Origin: Octopus sinensis
Lineage: Eukaryota
Assembly: GCF_006345805.1 (NCBI RefSeq)
Contig: NC_043024.1
Location: forward strand, 18,166,001 to 18,230,000
DNA: 64,000 nucleotides
Direction of reading: 5' to 3'
Shown here piece after piece: positions 14,265-28,092 of the stretch (positions are counted from its first letter, which is position 1; each line of letters opens with the position of its first letter). A model generated the notes under the pieces. That model ran no database searches, was not told where the DNA came from, and saw only the letters and a program-made list of their open reading frames with translations. Both the position numbers and the translations under genes were made by a program.

Positions 14265-15127
14265 CATGAGGTCTGATCAATAAGTACCAGGACTGTTGCT
14301 ATAGTAACGGAGCTAAAGCACACAGTGAAGCCACTTGGCACAGACTGACCTTGAACTCTGCTGTGCATGCACACTAAGTTTTAACATTCTAGCTCACTTC
14401 TGCTGTTTACAACAGTGCTAGGAAGAAAGGTGTGTAGCATGTGATCATCGCATTGACCATGACAGAGAAAGTTATCATGGTGATGCCTGCTAAGTTGCAG
14501 AAAGTGCATGGAGAGGGGTGTATGAGTCACACACGAGTGTACGAGTGGTTCAGACATTTCCAAGATGTCATAAAAAATGTTGATATTGACAAACGTTCTG
14601 GGAGACCCGCAACCGGTAGAACTGAAGAAAACATCGCAGATGTGCATGCAGCTGTATGAGAAAATTGTCAAATCCCTATCCATGAGTTATCAGAGGATGT
14701 TCAAATTAGTTCAGTCCAATACCACTGAAGATTTGGGTATGAGATGAATGTCTGCCAAGTTTGTGCCAAAAACTGCTTTCAGCTGACCAAAAAAGACACT
14801 TGGGTTTTAGATGCACAAGATCTCCTTGATTGTGTTGAGGATGATGAAAATGTTTTGAAAACTTTGTGTAGGCCTCTGAGCAGGTATTGCCAGGCTTTTA
14901 GCAAAGTTTGACGCAAATTCTCTGCTCAGTTTTCTCTGTCATGGTCAATGCATGCTACACACCTTCCTTCTAAGCACTGCTGTAAACAGCGAAGGTGAGC
15001 TAGAATGTTAAAACTTAGTACACATGCACAACAGAGTTCAAGGTCAGTCTGTGCCAAGCAGCTTCACTCTGCATGCTGTAGCTTCATTACTATGGCAACA
15101 GTCCAAATACTTATTGATCAGACCATG
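14265..15127. mobile_element. Mariner derivative built from two inverted 5' halves
   Basis: TA-flanked. Plus strand 14458-14875 encodes a degraded mariner N-terminus (TRVYEWFRHF..RSGRP..TEENI..SAKFVPK). 14866-15127 is an inverted copy of the left end including MTEKTEQRICVKLC. Confidence 0.85.
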
Positions 15128-17295
15128 TATACATTTATGTATATATGCAATGGGTTTCTTTCAGTTTCCGTCAATCAGATCCACTCACAAAGCTTTGGTC
15201 AGCCTGAGGCTATAGTAAAAGGACACTTTCTCCAGATGCCATGCAGTGGGACTGAACCCAGAACTATGTGGTTGGGAAGCAAGCTTCTTAACACAGCCAC
15301 AACTGCACCTATACTTGTATATTTTATTTCCAGCTGGTCCTGTCACCAACTAGTTTACAGACAGTGGAGAAGGTATTAAAATAAAGTACTGGTTAAAGAC
15401 TGGGGTTTATTTAATTCATTGCTCCCTTTCTATCATTATTGGCAGTGGTGGTCTTGTACCAATTGTATAAATCAATATTATTGAAGGAAAACATTGTTTT
15501 CTTTTGATAATTTTTCAACCTCCTCCTTAATTAGAAATTAATTAAACATCTCAGCCCACATCACCAAACAAATTGCATCCACATTTATTATATTTTTTTA
15601 GTTTGATGTGTGTGAGTGAGTGCAATGTATATGTAAATATGTGTGTATATGTATGTGTGTATGTATGTGTGTGTAAATATGTTTGTGTATGTATATATAT
15701 ATATATATGTGTGTGTGCGTGTATGTGTATATGCGTATGTATATATATATAGATAGATACATACATACATACATAGCTACATAGATAGATAGATAGATAG
15801 ATAGATGCATATATACATACATATATACATACATTGATTGATTGATAGACAGACAGACAGACAGACTGAGAGATAGATAAACAAAATAAAACTATAAAAA
15901 AGAATTAATAAACAAATTGAAAAAAATTCTGGCAGATGAAAAAATAAATGAGAAAGATTGAACCAATTAGCAAGTAATAGTGCTAATCAATTGGTTCATC
16001 AACCAAATTGGGAGGTAGAGCAATGAATGTGATTAAAATAATGTGTGATGAGAGCTTGCAGAGGAACATGCAGAAGAGATGATGTGCCAACCAATTGGAG
16101 GAAGAGAGCTTGGAATGGGGGCGGGGGGCAGGTAACAAAGGTATGGTTAATTAAGGATTGGTAATTGAAAATAAGTGTGTTACTACTACTATTAATATTA
16201 CTACTGATACTACCACACCACCACCACCATTATTACTACTACACACTTGTATATATACACACACAAATATATATATACAACCTTCAGAGTTTTTTTTACA
16301 GAGCTTAGAAAATCTGGAGCAACAAGGAGCAGCTAGTCATCCTGGAGTTGGGGCTGAGCATTGAAGGTACATTGGTGACTGATCAGGCCAAGCCACACCC
16401 AGAAGGTTCTCTGGCAGAGTGGACAGATGATGGGGGATGGTAGCTGTGGGGGCTTGATGGTACTTGTTTTCCTGGCCTGCAGCAATTCCGTTGGCCTAGT
16501 GGATAGAGCAGTGGACTCGCGGTTGAGGGATCATGGGTTCGAATCTCAGACCGGGCGATGTATGTGGTTATGAGCGAAACACCTAAGCTCCACGCAGCTC
16601 CGACAGAAGGTAATGGCGAACTTCTGCTGACTCTTTTGCCACAACTTTCTCTCACTCTTTCCTCCTGCATTTTGCAGCTCACCTGCGACAGACCTATACA
16701 CCAAGGAAACTGGGAAACTGGCCCTATGAGCCAGGCATGGCTTGAGAAGGAACAAACAAAACACATGCCTTTACAGACAGCTGATTGCCACTTGCCAAGC
16801 TATCTGCTCCCAGCTGAAATGGCTGATGCTCATGGGGGTTTGCATACGTAAGATTTTGGGGGGCCCAAAAAGGAAAATATTAAGTCAGAGGTCCTCAGTA
16901 GTATGTTAAGGGTCCATGAAAACCTATGACTTTAGATGTATTTATTGCAAAAAATAGCTAAATTTGTTTTTTTTTACCATTTCACATTGTTCAACCTACA
17001 CAAGTTTGTGTGTGATAAACAAAATAGGAATTTTGAAAGAAGCATCTGCAAAACTAGTTTTTAAAGATCAAATAGCTGTAGGGGCCCATGAGAAAAACAT
17101 AGAAATCAAAAGGATCCATAGATAAAAATGGTTGAACCATTTTAAAGTGTCTTTGAATCACTTTTCTCTGGCCTCCCCAGATGTGCATACTTGTTGGAAT
17201 CTACCAAATAGTGGTTTTTTTGGAAGCCAGTGGTGTGGGATGCAAGCTACATGACCTGCCCTGTGAAGCTCTGACTGCATCAGGATGATGTAGAT

Positions 17296-17845
17296 CAGTG
17301 GTTCTCAACTGGGGTCCATGTGGCCCTTAGGTTCCACATAAGATTTTGTTGTTAAAATATGTCTCCAATAAATTGGTTATGGTTCTACAATACTCTTTTA
17401 CTTGTTTCAGTCATTTGACTGAGGCCATGCTGGAGTGCCACCTTTAGTTGAGCAAATCGACCCCAGTGCTTATTGTATTGGTCTCTTTTGTTGGGGAAAC
17501 AAACACATACATCTATATATATACGACAGACTTCTTTTAGTTTCTGTCTACCAAATCCATTCACAAGGCTTTGGTCAGCCCAAGGCTATAGCAGAAGACA
17601 CTTGCCCAAGGTACCACACATTGGGACTGAACCCAGAACCATGTGGTTTGTAAGCAAGCTACTTACCACACAGCCACTACTGCGCCTATACACAAAATAT
17701 TTTAACAATTTTTTAATACAATTTCTAATAATATTTAACTATAAAAAAATAATAGGATTTTTTAAACATGGAATGGTTATGAGGGACCATCTGTGTAGAA
17801 TAGAAATCAAAGGGATCCATAGGTAAAAAGGGTTGAGAAACACTG
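17296..17845. mobile_element. hAT (Charlie-like) MITE with a SINE nested at about 17395-17690
   Basis: Termini CAGTGGTTCTCAAC / GTTGAGAAACACTG; partial second copy at about 16840-17140. Confidence 0.7.
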
Positions 17846-17850
17846 GTGTA

Positions 17851-18084
17851 CGAGGGGATGCTGAAAAGTTCCTGGCTTAACAGGTATCGTGAAGGGCCTG
17901 GCTGGAGGCCCAACCTTCCAAGTTCTTTTACAAGGCTTAGAAAAACAGAAAAACTAAAAGACCACTCCAATAAGTTTGTGAATCTGAGAGTGAAATATGT
18001 TGAATAAAATCAAAATTAATCATAATTAATTGATCCTTCTGTATTTTCTTTTATCCAAAGCCAGGAACTTTTCAGCACCCCTTG
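17851..18084. mobile_element. Mariner-type MITE
   Basis: TIRs cgaggggatgctgaaaagttcctggct / agccaggaacttttcagcacccct; TA at the left junction. Confidence 0.8.
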
Positions 18085-18142
18085 AATGTATATATATGTA
18101 TATATATATGTGTGTGTGTGTGCACGTGTATATATATATATA

Positions 18143-18360
18143 TGAGGAATGCTGAAAAGTTCCTTGCTTTAAGGGTATTGTGAAAGGCCTTGGTTGGAGG
18201 CCTAACCTTTCAAGTTCTTTTACAGGGCTTAGAAGAACTGAAGAACCACTGTAATAAGTATGTGAATCTGAGAGGGGAATATATTGAATAAAATCATACC
18301 TAACTGACCCCACTGTATTTTCTTTTACCCAAAGCCAGGAACTTTTCAGTAGCCCCCTCA
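18143..18360. mobile_element. Second tandem copy of the same mariner-type MITE
   Basis: Same TIRs and internal sequence as 17851-18084. Confidence 0.8.
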
Positions 18361-19081
18361 TGGATGCTGGGCTGGCAAATATGGATCAGTGCCTCAGTGT
18401 CCGGAGTTTTATCTTGTTTCAGTCATTAGACTGTGGCCATGCCAGAGCACTGCCTTAATGGGTTCTAGTCAAAGAAATCTACCCCAGAACTTATTCTTTT
18501 TAAGACTAGTGCCTATCCTATTGGTTGCTTTTGCCAAACCACTAAGTTACAGGGACATAAACACGGTTGTAAAGCAATGGTTGGGGGACAAACACAGACA
18601 CAAACACACATAAATACATACATGCATATACGTATGTATATATATATATATATATATACAGAAGATAAGAAAATGAAAAGATAGATAGATAGATAGACAG
18701 ATACTCACATATATACATGCATTTATGTTGTAAACATAACAACCAGCTGCCCAGCATGGCCATTATAATGACAGCATTGTGTTACAAACTCATTTAAGCC
18801 CTTGTCAGAGTTTATTTAACCCTGTCGCTCTAATGCCAACTAAAAACAGCTCAAAGCCATATTGGAAAATAATTTTTAGCTCAAAGAACGGTGAACTATT
18901 ATTCCATATTGAAGTCAGTCTGACAACTATTCAAAGCATTACTAACAGAGAAACACAGCAACACCTTTTACTTTAATTGACTCTGTCAAACTATATCCAT
19001 AATCTCCCAAAGTTTTATTTCATAGTAATACACTCACCACCACCACACAACCACCTCTCTCTCACTTTATAAATGTGTGTA

Positions 19082-19146
<65 letters not shown>

Positions 19147-19594
19147 CGTATATATATATATTTATATATTTATATACGTCATGTAAACAAACGTAAGTTT
19201 GTTTTTGAAGTGTTGTAGATCAAGTAGAAAGATATATTTTTTTTTCCACATGTAAGTACTGAACAGTGCTTTATATAATGGATAAAATCCTTTTTAAGTG
19301 CAGAAAAATTTGCCGGCAACCAGCCATGAGGATCAAACTCACACCCTTCTAATATCAGGTTGGAGTGCTCTACCCTTTAAGCTAAACTGTCGAACGCTAG
19401 AAGTCATATACATACATATATATGTATATATATATATATATATATCTATTATATATATATATATATATACTTATTCTATCAGTCTCTTTTGCTGAACCAC
19501 TAAGTTACAGGGATGTAAACACACCAATATCAGTTGTCAAGCAATGGTGGTGGGGACAAATACACACACACAAACATATACACACATATATATA

Positions 19595-19850
19595 TCTATT
19601 ATATAAAATCCGTTCTGTCTGTCTGTGTGTCTTCTAGGATCTTGGGCATCCTCCATCCGAGTGCGCTCAAATTTGATATGTAGATACCAATGGTATCAGG
19701 GCATGTATAAGTCTTGAAAAAATTACAAAAATCGATTCCAGGTGACAACGCGATCAATAAAGCCGTGGGAACGTGCATTTGTAAAATCGTTTTTCTTGGA
19801 ATAGAAAAAAAATCTATCTTTATTTCTTTTCTTGCTGGTACTACATATAT
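19595..19850 (+). mobile_element. 5' fragment of a second Helitron-like family
   Basis: Starts A|TCTATTATATAAAATCCGTTCTGTCTGTCTGTGTGT, the same terminal style as the other Helitron; no 3' end seen. Confidence 0.55.
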
Positions 19851-19960
19851 ATATATATATATATATATGTAGTACCAGCAAGAAAAGAAATAAAGATAGA
19901 TTTTTTTTCTATTCCAAGGAAAACGATTTTACAAATGCACGTTCCCACGGCTTTATCGAT
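19753..19960. repeat. 208-bp palindrome centred on (TA)n
   Basis: Arms of about 93 bp, 2 mismatches by eye. Confidence 0.92.
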
Positions 19961-20215
19961 ATATATATATACATACAGAAGGTATATTTATGTTAAATCA
20001 GTGTTTCTCAAAGGGGAGGCCTATGGGACGGTCGGACAAGTTGTTTTGACAAAATTTGGTTTAAATGTTTGACAACTCAGCACCGTCCATTGGACAGTGG
20101 GGGGGGGGGTTTGCTTGTATATATATATATATATATATGATAGGCTTCTTTCAGTTTCCGTCTATAAAAATATATATACATATGCGTGTGTGTGTGTGTA
20201 CATATATATATGTAC

Positions 20216-20251
<36 letters not shown>

Positions 20252-20295
20252 ATGTATATATAAGAAATAATTAAGATTCAGTTGAATTAGGTATT

Positions 20296-20430
20296 TAATG
20301 ATGATTTTTGTAGGTATTCTACCTTCACACTTGCACCGTTTCGGTAGTTGAGTGCTGATATGTCCAAGAGCACCAATTATTACTGTTATCATGTCTATTC
20401 TTCTCATTAACCACAACTTTCACATTTCCC
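20296..20430 (-). mobile_element. Old Dong/R4-like C-terminal fragment
   Basis: Minus translation LWLMRRIDMITVIIGALGHISTQL resembles MWNLKTETIPIIVGALGMIKK of the element at 38.9 kb. Confidence 0.5.
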
Positions 20431-20559
20431 TATTTCAAATCGTCATAGTTGTTTCTTGTTTCTTTTTCTTTCACATTGATCCTGTTTTCACCAGGGCAAG
20501 CTATGTCCATCATCATCATCGGCGGCGTCATCATTATTATTATTATAACTATCATTATT

Positions 20560-20773
20560 AAGGTGGCAAGCTGGCAGAATTGTTAGCATGCTGGACAAAG
20601 TGCTTAGTGGTATTTCATCTGCCACTACCTTTTGTGTTCAAATTCCCCCAAGGTTGACTTTGCCTTTCATCTTTTCGGAGTCAATAAAATAAGTACCAGT
20701 TAAACACTGGGGTTGATGTAATCAACTCATCCCCATCTCCTGCAAATTGCCCTTGTGGCAAAAATTTGAAAGA

Positions 20774-20824
<51 letters not shown>

Positions 20825-20869
20825 ATTGTTGTTGTTGTTATTATTATAATTATTATTATCATTATTATA

Positions 20870-20910
<41 letters not shown>

Positions 20911-21529
20911 ATTATTAAGGTGGAAATCTGGCAGAATCGTTATCATGCTGGTCGCTACATTCTCAGTTCAAATTCTGCCTAAGTCAACTTTAGTCTTTCA
21001 TCCCCTCAGGGTTGATAGATTAAGTACCAGTGAGACACTGGGTTTGATATAATTGACTATCCCTTGTGCCTATAATAGAAAGGATTATAATAGAAAGGAT
21101 TAAAGGCTGTAAGCTGGTAGAACCAGAAATATACTGGGTAAAATGCTTAACTCCATTTCATCTGTCATTACATTCTGAGTTCAAATTCCGTAGAGGTTGA
21201 CCTTGTCTTTGATCCTTTTGGGGTCAATAAAATAAGTACTACGAAATGTAATCAAATAGCCCCCTCCTCAAAAATTTCAGGCCTTGTGCCTATAGCAAAG
21301 AGGAATTTTTTTAAATAATAATAATAATAATAATCCTTTCTACTAAAGGCACAAATTTGTGGGGTGGGGACTAGTTGATTATAGTGCTTAACTGGTACTT
21401 AATTTATCGACCCTGAAAGGATGAAAGGCATAGTTGACCTAGGCGGAATTTGAACTCAGAATGTAGCGATAGGCGAAATACTGCTAAGCATTTTTCCTGG
21501 CATGCTAACAATTCTGCCAGCTCGCCACC

Positions 21530-21565
<36 letters not shown>

Positions 21566-22030
21566 GTAATAGTAATAATAATAATATAATGATAATGATG
21601 ATGATTTGAAGTTTTTGCAACAAGGGCAGCTTGGGGTAGGGGATTAAGTCGATTACATCAACCCCAGTGTGTAACTGGTACTTATTTAATCAACCCCGAA
21701 AAGATGAAAGGCAAAGTCAACCTCGGTGGAATTTGAACTCAGAACGTGGCAATGGGCAAAATACCATTAAGCATTTGTCCCAGCATGCTAACAATTCTGC
21801 CAGCTCACTGCCTTAAATGATAATAATAATTATTTCAAATTTTTGCCACAATGGCAGCTTGGGGAAGGTGGGGATGAGTCAATTACATTGACCCCAGTGT
21901 TTCACTGGTACTTAATATATCAACCCCAAAAGGAAGAAAAGCAAAGTTGACATTGGCAGAACTTGAACTCAAAATGTAGCAACAGGCAAAATATCACTAA
22001 CCATGCTAATGATTCTGCCAGTTCACCACT

Positions 22031-22032
<2 letters not shown>
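20560..22032. mobile_element. Cluster of six family-2 SINEs (three +, then three -) separated by (ATT)n/(AAT)n
   Basis: Plus copies start near 20560, 20917 and 21105; minus copies span about 21330-21530, 21615-21815 and 21840-22032. Confidence 0.85.
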
Positions 22033-22078
<46 letters not shown>

Positions 22079-22132
22079 GCTAATAGTAGTTTACAGCATA
22101 AACAAAAGAGCACAAAATCTTTTGGTGAGAGA

Positions 22133-22170
<38 letters not shown>

Positions 22171-22479
22171 CTATTTTACTTGTTCATTCATTTGATTGTG
22201 GCCATGCTGGAGCACCGCCTTTAGTCAAGCAAATCGACCCCAGGACTCATTCTTTGTAAGCCTAGTACTTATTCTATCGCGGTAAAGACCACCGGAGAGG
22301 CCTGTGAATAGGGTTTTCAGCCTATGCGAACTACAAGAACTATAGACCTACCCGGCAACCAGATTGATGACACCCCACCCACAAAACCCCCCCAATCCCA
22401 CCGTTCCCCTAGTACCCCCGATTACCTTTTCTCCTAAGACCTTTCACATATTGTATGTGCACGCTTGTATATGTGTATC

Positions 22480-23035
22480 GTATATATGTATAGAAATGTA
22501 TGAGTATAGTAGGAATATACGCATGTATTATGTGTGTGTGTGTGTATATGTATGTAAAAATATATATATATATATATATGTATGTGCGTGTGTGTGTGTG
22601 TGTGTGTATATATGTATATATGTATGTATGTATAAATGTATATATGTGTGTATGCATATGTATGTGTATATGTATGTGTGTATGTATGTGTATGTATGTA
22701 TAAAATATTATATAATTAGGGCTTAGTAAAATAAATTACTTTGCCACATACTGAACTTTCTAGAAATAGCAGCCAAATAAGTTTTTAGCCTCTTCCACTA
22801 CTTAGAGAATATCTTCCCTCAGACATTGTTTACTCAAAAAAATAATGGTCCTTTACATACTGAATACTTGGTGAAATTGATTAATAACTAATTAACTTTA
22901 CCCTCATTGTTGATATATGTATGTGTGTGTATATATATATGTGTGTGTATATATATATGTACATGATGTATATATTGTATGTATGTATGTATATATATGT
23001 GTGTGTATATATATGTATGTGTGTGTGTGTGTGTG

Positions 23036-23077
<42 letters not shown>

Positions 23078-23679
23078 ATGTGTGTGTATATGTGTATTAT
23101 ATATGTATATATTTATGTATATATATATTTATATGTATGTGTGTGTGTATATGTATATATGTGTATATATATGAGTGTACGCGAGTATGTCGATGTATAT
23201 GTAGGTATGTAGAGTTATGTGTATGTGCATGTATGTGAGTGTAGATACAAATTGTAGATGTGTATATATATATGTAAGTGTATATATACATGTATATAGG
23301 TATATGTATGTGTGTGTATATGTATATATATGTATATATATATGTGTATATGCGAGTATGTAGAGATATAAGTATGTGCATGTGTATGTATATGTGTGTA
23401 TATATATGTATATATATATGTGTATATGCGAGTATGTAGAGATATAAGTATGTGCATGTGTATGTATATGTGTGTATATATATGTATAGGTATGTGTATG
23501 TGTATGTATGTATATATATATATATGTGTGTGTGTATGTATGCATATATGTATGTATGTATGTATATGTGTATGTATATATGTGTGTAAGTGTGTGTATA
23601 TATGTAAATGTAAGTGTGTGTGCTTGTATGAGTATGTATGTATGTTTGCACACATGTATATGTGTGTGTATGTGTATAT

Positions 23680-23723
<44 letters not shown>

Positions 23724-25510
23724 TATATATATATATGTATATATATATATATGTGTATATGTGTGTGTGTGTATATATGTGTGTATGTGTGTGTGTATAT
23801 ATGTGTGTATGTGTATGTATGTATATATATGCGTGTGTATGTGTATGTGTATATGTACATATACGCGTACGCTCGTGTGTTTATGTATATGTAGGTACGT
23901 AGAGTTATCTATGTGTGTATATATTTGTACATGTGTGTAAGTATGTATATATATATGTGTATGTGTGTGTGTGTATATATATATGTGTATATATGTTTAT
24001 GTATATATATGTGTATATATGTATGTATAGATAATATATATATTATATATATGTGTGTGTGTAAGTTTATATGTATGTATCCGTCTATATAATAGGTAAC
24101 TGCACGTACATATACTTAATTATTATTTTTTTTTGAGTATGCATGTATGAATAACTGCGCGTATATATATTTTACTATTTACTTATTTTTTGAGTATGCA
24201 TGTAAGTATGAATATAAGGAGGGGCGTGTGTGTGTGTGTATGTGTAAGCATAGATATATGTATACTTTTACGCATGTGTGTACTTATGTGTATATATGGA
24301 TGCGCGCGTGTTGTGTGTGTAGGGGGTACGCATGTACATGTGTATGTGCGTGTATGTGTATATGAGTATGTATGTATGTGTGTGCGTATATTTGATATAT
24401 GTATGTATGTATATGTATGTGTGTGTGTGAATGTATATATATATATCTATATATATATATATATATATATGCGCGTATATATATGTATGTATCTGGGTGT
24501 GTGTATGTGTATAATGTATGGATGTAGTATGTATGTATACGTATGTATTGTTATGTGTGTATATGTATGTATGTGTATGTGTGTATATATATGTATAGTG
24601 TGTATGTGTGATATATGTGTGTATATATATATATATGTGTGTATATTATGTGAATATATATATATATATATATAATATATATATATATATATCTATACAT
24701 GTATGTATTTGTATGTAGGTGTATATGTATGTGTGTGTATTTATATTTATTGGTGTATATGTATAGACTAGCCTTCTAAGAGTAAGACATGAATCTGTAG
24801 GTACGCGTACGTATGTGTATATACGTGAATGTATGTAGATGTATGTATGTATGAATATAACGCGTGCGTGCGTGTATGTGTATGAGTGTACGAATGAGTG
24901 AGTGTACGTGCTAAAGAGTGTGCGTGAGTGAATGAGTGCTTGTTTTCCAGTAGACAGATATATGGACTGGCTGTCATAGCCAAGATGTTTGTGACCAAGC
25001 GGCCAAAGATAACAAAAGTAATAAACGAAGATAATAAAATTAAAATTAGGGAATGGGTCTGTATTTGTATGTGTATATATATATATATGTGTGTATGTGT
25101 AGGTATGCATAGGTACACATATGTATATATATATATATATATGTATGTATATATGGTGTGTGGTATGTATATATGTGTGTATGTGTATATATGTGTATAT
25201 AGGGACTAGTGTGCTGTGTGTGCATGTGTGTGTGGATATGTGTGTGTATGCGTGTATGTGAGTATGTGTGTGTATGTGTATATATATTTTTCTGTGTGTA
25301 TATGTATTGTGGTCGTGTGTGTGTTATATACATGTGTGTATACGTGTATGCATGTGAGTGTGTGTATGTATACATATATGTGTATGTGTAGATATGTATA
25401 TGTATGTGTAAGTGTATATATATGTATATATATGTGTGTGTATGTATGTGGTATGTTATATGTATATATGTTTGTATGTGTGTGTATATATGTATACATC
25501 CGTGCATAGG
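22480..25510. repeat. About 3-kb compound TA/TG microsatellite field with internal duplications
   Basis: Direct reading; gcgagtatgtagagatataagtatgtgcatg is repeated near 23351 and 23427. Confidence 0.92.
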
Positions 25511-26066
25511 TATAAGTGAGAATCTCCTTATTTACCTAACACTCTACTCCCCCATTTTTTCTATATATATATTTTTTATATATATTTTTTTATTTTTTTT
25601 ATTTTTTTTATTTTTTATTTTTTATTTATTCTTCTATCTAATTTAACACTGACTTCCTGACCACTCCCCCAAGTATGATATTTGCGCTATGCCTACCCCC
25701 AAAAGTCCCCCACCAACCACCCCTTTAAACCTGCCTAAATGTATAAATGCCAATACAATTCTTGTTAACTAGCTTCCTGAAGATTTCTCTTGAATTAAAC
25801 AGTTCTAGTCCTGTAGAAGCTCCTTCTATATAATAAATATATATATATATTGGTAAAGTGACTATCCTAAAGAGACATTGGGCCTCATCCCCGCTTCCTG
25901 ACGTTTCTCTACCTTTCTCTCTCCTCCACATCCTCTCCTCCCCTTTTCCCCTCTCTCCGCCTCTCTCTTAAGATGTTTGAATGTATGCATATGGGGCTGA
26001 GAGAGAGAAGTGAGATTCGTGTAACATAAGTTATTGATTAAAAAAACATACATAATAATAGTAATC

Positions 26067-26113
<47 letters not shown>

Positions 26114-26625
26114 CATTATTATTATCATTACTACTACCACTACTATCATTGTGACTGCGGCTCTATATTTTCGTTTTTATTTTTGTTTTTTGTTTTTCTG
26201 CTGTATATTAGAGACAGAGAGAATGTGAGTTCACTTGGTTCAATGTAAAGACAAAATTTTAAACACAAAAAGAACTGCACAAAGAAAATTTTTATAAAAG
26301 ACAACTTCAAAGAGATAAAAACAAAAACAATATCAACAAACGTTTGCTTCTATTATTATATTTTTTTATTTTTTTTTTTTGGTTATTGCCTTTTTTTGGT
26401 TGTCTCTCTGCTACCCCTTCTGTGTCCCCCTCTAAAACTCTCTCTCTCTCTCTCTCATTTTCATCCAATTCCATGATTCGATTTGTCTCGCAGGAATATT
26501 TTAGATTTCATTTCCTTTCCATCATCAAAAGAGATGGATGGCTAAACCACCTTATGGTATTATGCAGCACCACACACACACATACATTTACATACATATG
26601 CACACACACATATATATACACACAC

Positions 26626-26670
<45 letters not shown>

Positions 26671-27958
26671 CATAAATATATACATATATCTATATATGTA
26701 TATATTTATATATATATAAGCACATACTCTCATACACATGCACAAACTTTACATTACCATACAACACCACACTCATACACACATTACACACATACACACG
26801 CACACATACATACACACACACACATATGCACACATACATACACACACATACACACACCCTGTATCCCATATGCTGTGTTTTGTCTGTCTGTTCATGCTTT
26901 CATACAAACATCACCACCACCACCCAAACCATCATGACAGACAAATCCAAAGCCAACCCAACCACTACCACCACCAACAACAACAATAACCAACACTTGT
27001 TTTATTCCTCCATCTCTCATTTATTCTCTCTCTCTTTCTCTCTTCCTCCTCCCACCCACAACACCACCATTCTAGAACAACTCTCTACTCCCACCACCAC
27101 CACCACCACTACTGTTGTTTTTTTCTTCACTGGTTTTACATGTCTCTAACCACCACCACCATGCTAAGTCAACTCTCACCACTACCACAGACCCACCTTC
27201 ATGACACTTGCCCAAGGTGCCACACAGTGGGACTGAACCTGGAACCATGTGGTTGGTAAGCAAGCTACTTTCCACACAGCCATTCCCGTGCCTAAAAATA
27301 TCTTAAGAATATAATTATAATTACGAAAACAAATTTAGAGTGGATTGTAGGTATTTGACAACTACTTCTAGCATGTAGGTGCTGGCATTCCAGAGCCCTT
27401 AATTATAATTATATTTTTATAACTATATTCTTAAAATTTAATTTTACCAAGATGGTTATTTTTTATACACTAGCCACTGATATAATCATTAAAATGATTA
27501 TATCATCAATTTACAAGTGTGTGTATCCCTCCCTTCTTTGTGTTCTTTTAATTAACTCTCCCCTTCACCACCACCACCCACTTTCTGCTACTGAAGTGAT
27601 GTCTTTGACCAAGTCTAATACTGATAACAATGACGAAGGAAAAAAAAGTAAATTGAAAACATACGTACATTTGAGTATGTATGTATGTATATATGTGTGT
27701 GTATATATGTATGTGTACATATATGTATATAGATAATTATGTGACAAACAAGCAAAAAGTACATCATTTAAACATCAACTAAAGAGAAAAGAGAAGGAAA
27801 ATGTACAAGGAACAAACATGTGTGAGTGTGTGTATGTGTGTGTATACATACACAGACATATGTATGTGTCTGTGTGTGTTTTTGCGTGTGACCCCGTGTG
27901 TACCGTTGGCGATTTTTTTTCCTCTGTCTTCCCTTCTCTGGATCTTTCCTTCTCCTAT

Positions 27959-27993
27959 GTTTCCGACGAAGAGCTCCACTCAAAACATTAAAC
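27959..27993 (+). ncRNA. Degenerate minimal hammerhead motif
   Basis: GUUU CCGACGA AGAG-CUCCA-CUC AAAA CAUU AAAC; correct topology but two core substitutions. Confidence 0.45.
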
Positions 27994-28092
27994 CCTCCTT
28001 CTTCCCTTCTTTCCTGAGCGTCCAGTAATACTATATTTGTTCCACGTCCTCACGTTGTGTTTTTTTTGTGTTTTCTTGTTTGAATTAACTTT

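Noticed and set aside
26490-26560. AG..GT bounded 63-bp open segment ([21 protein letters not shown])
   Set aside because: Poor donor (gtatta) and no similarity to synaptotagmin or any other family I recognise.
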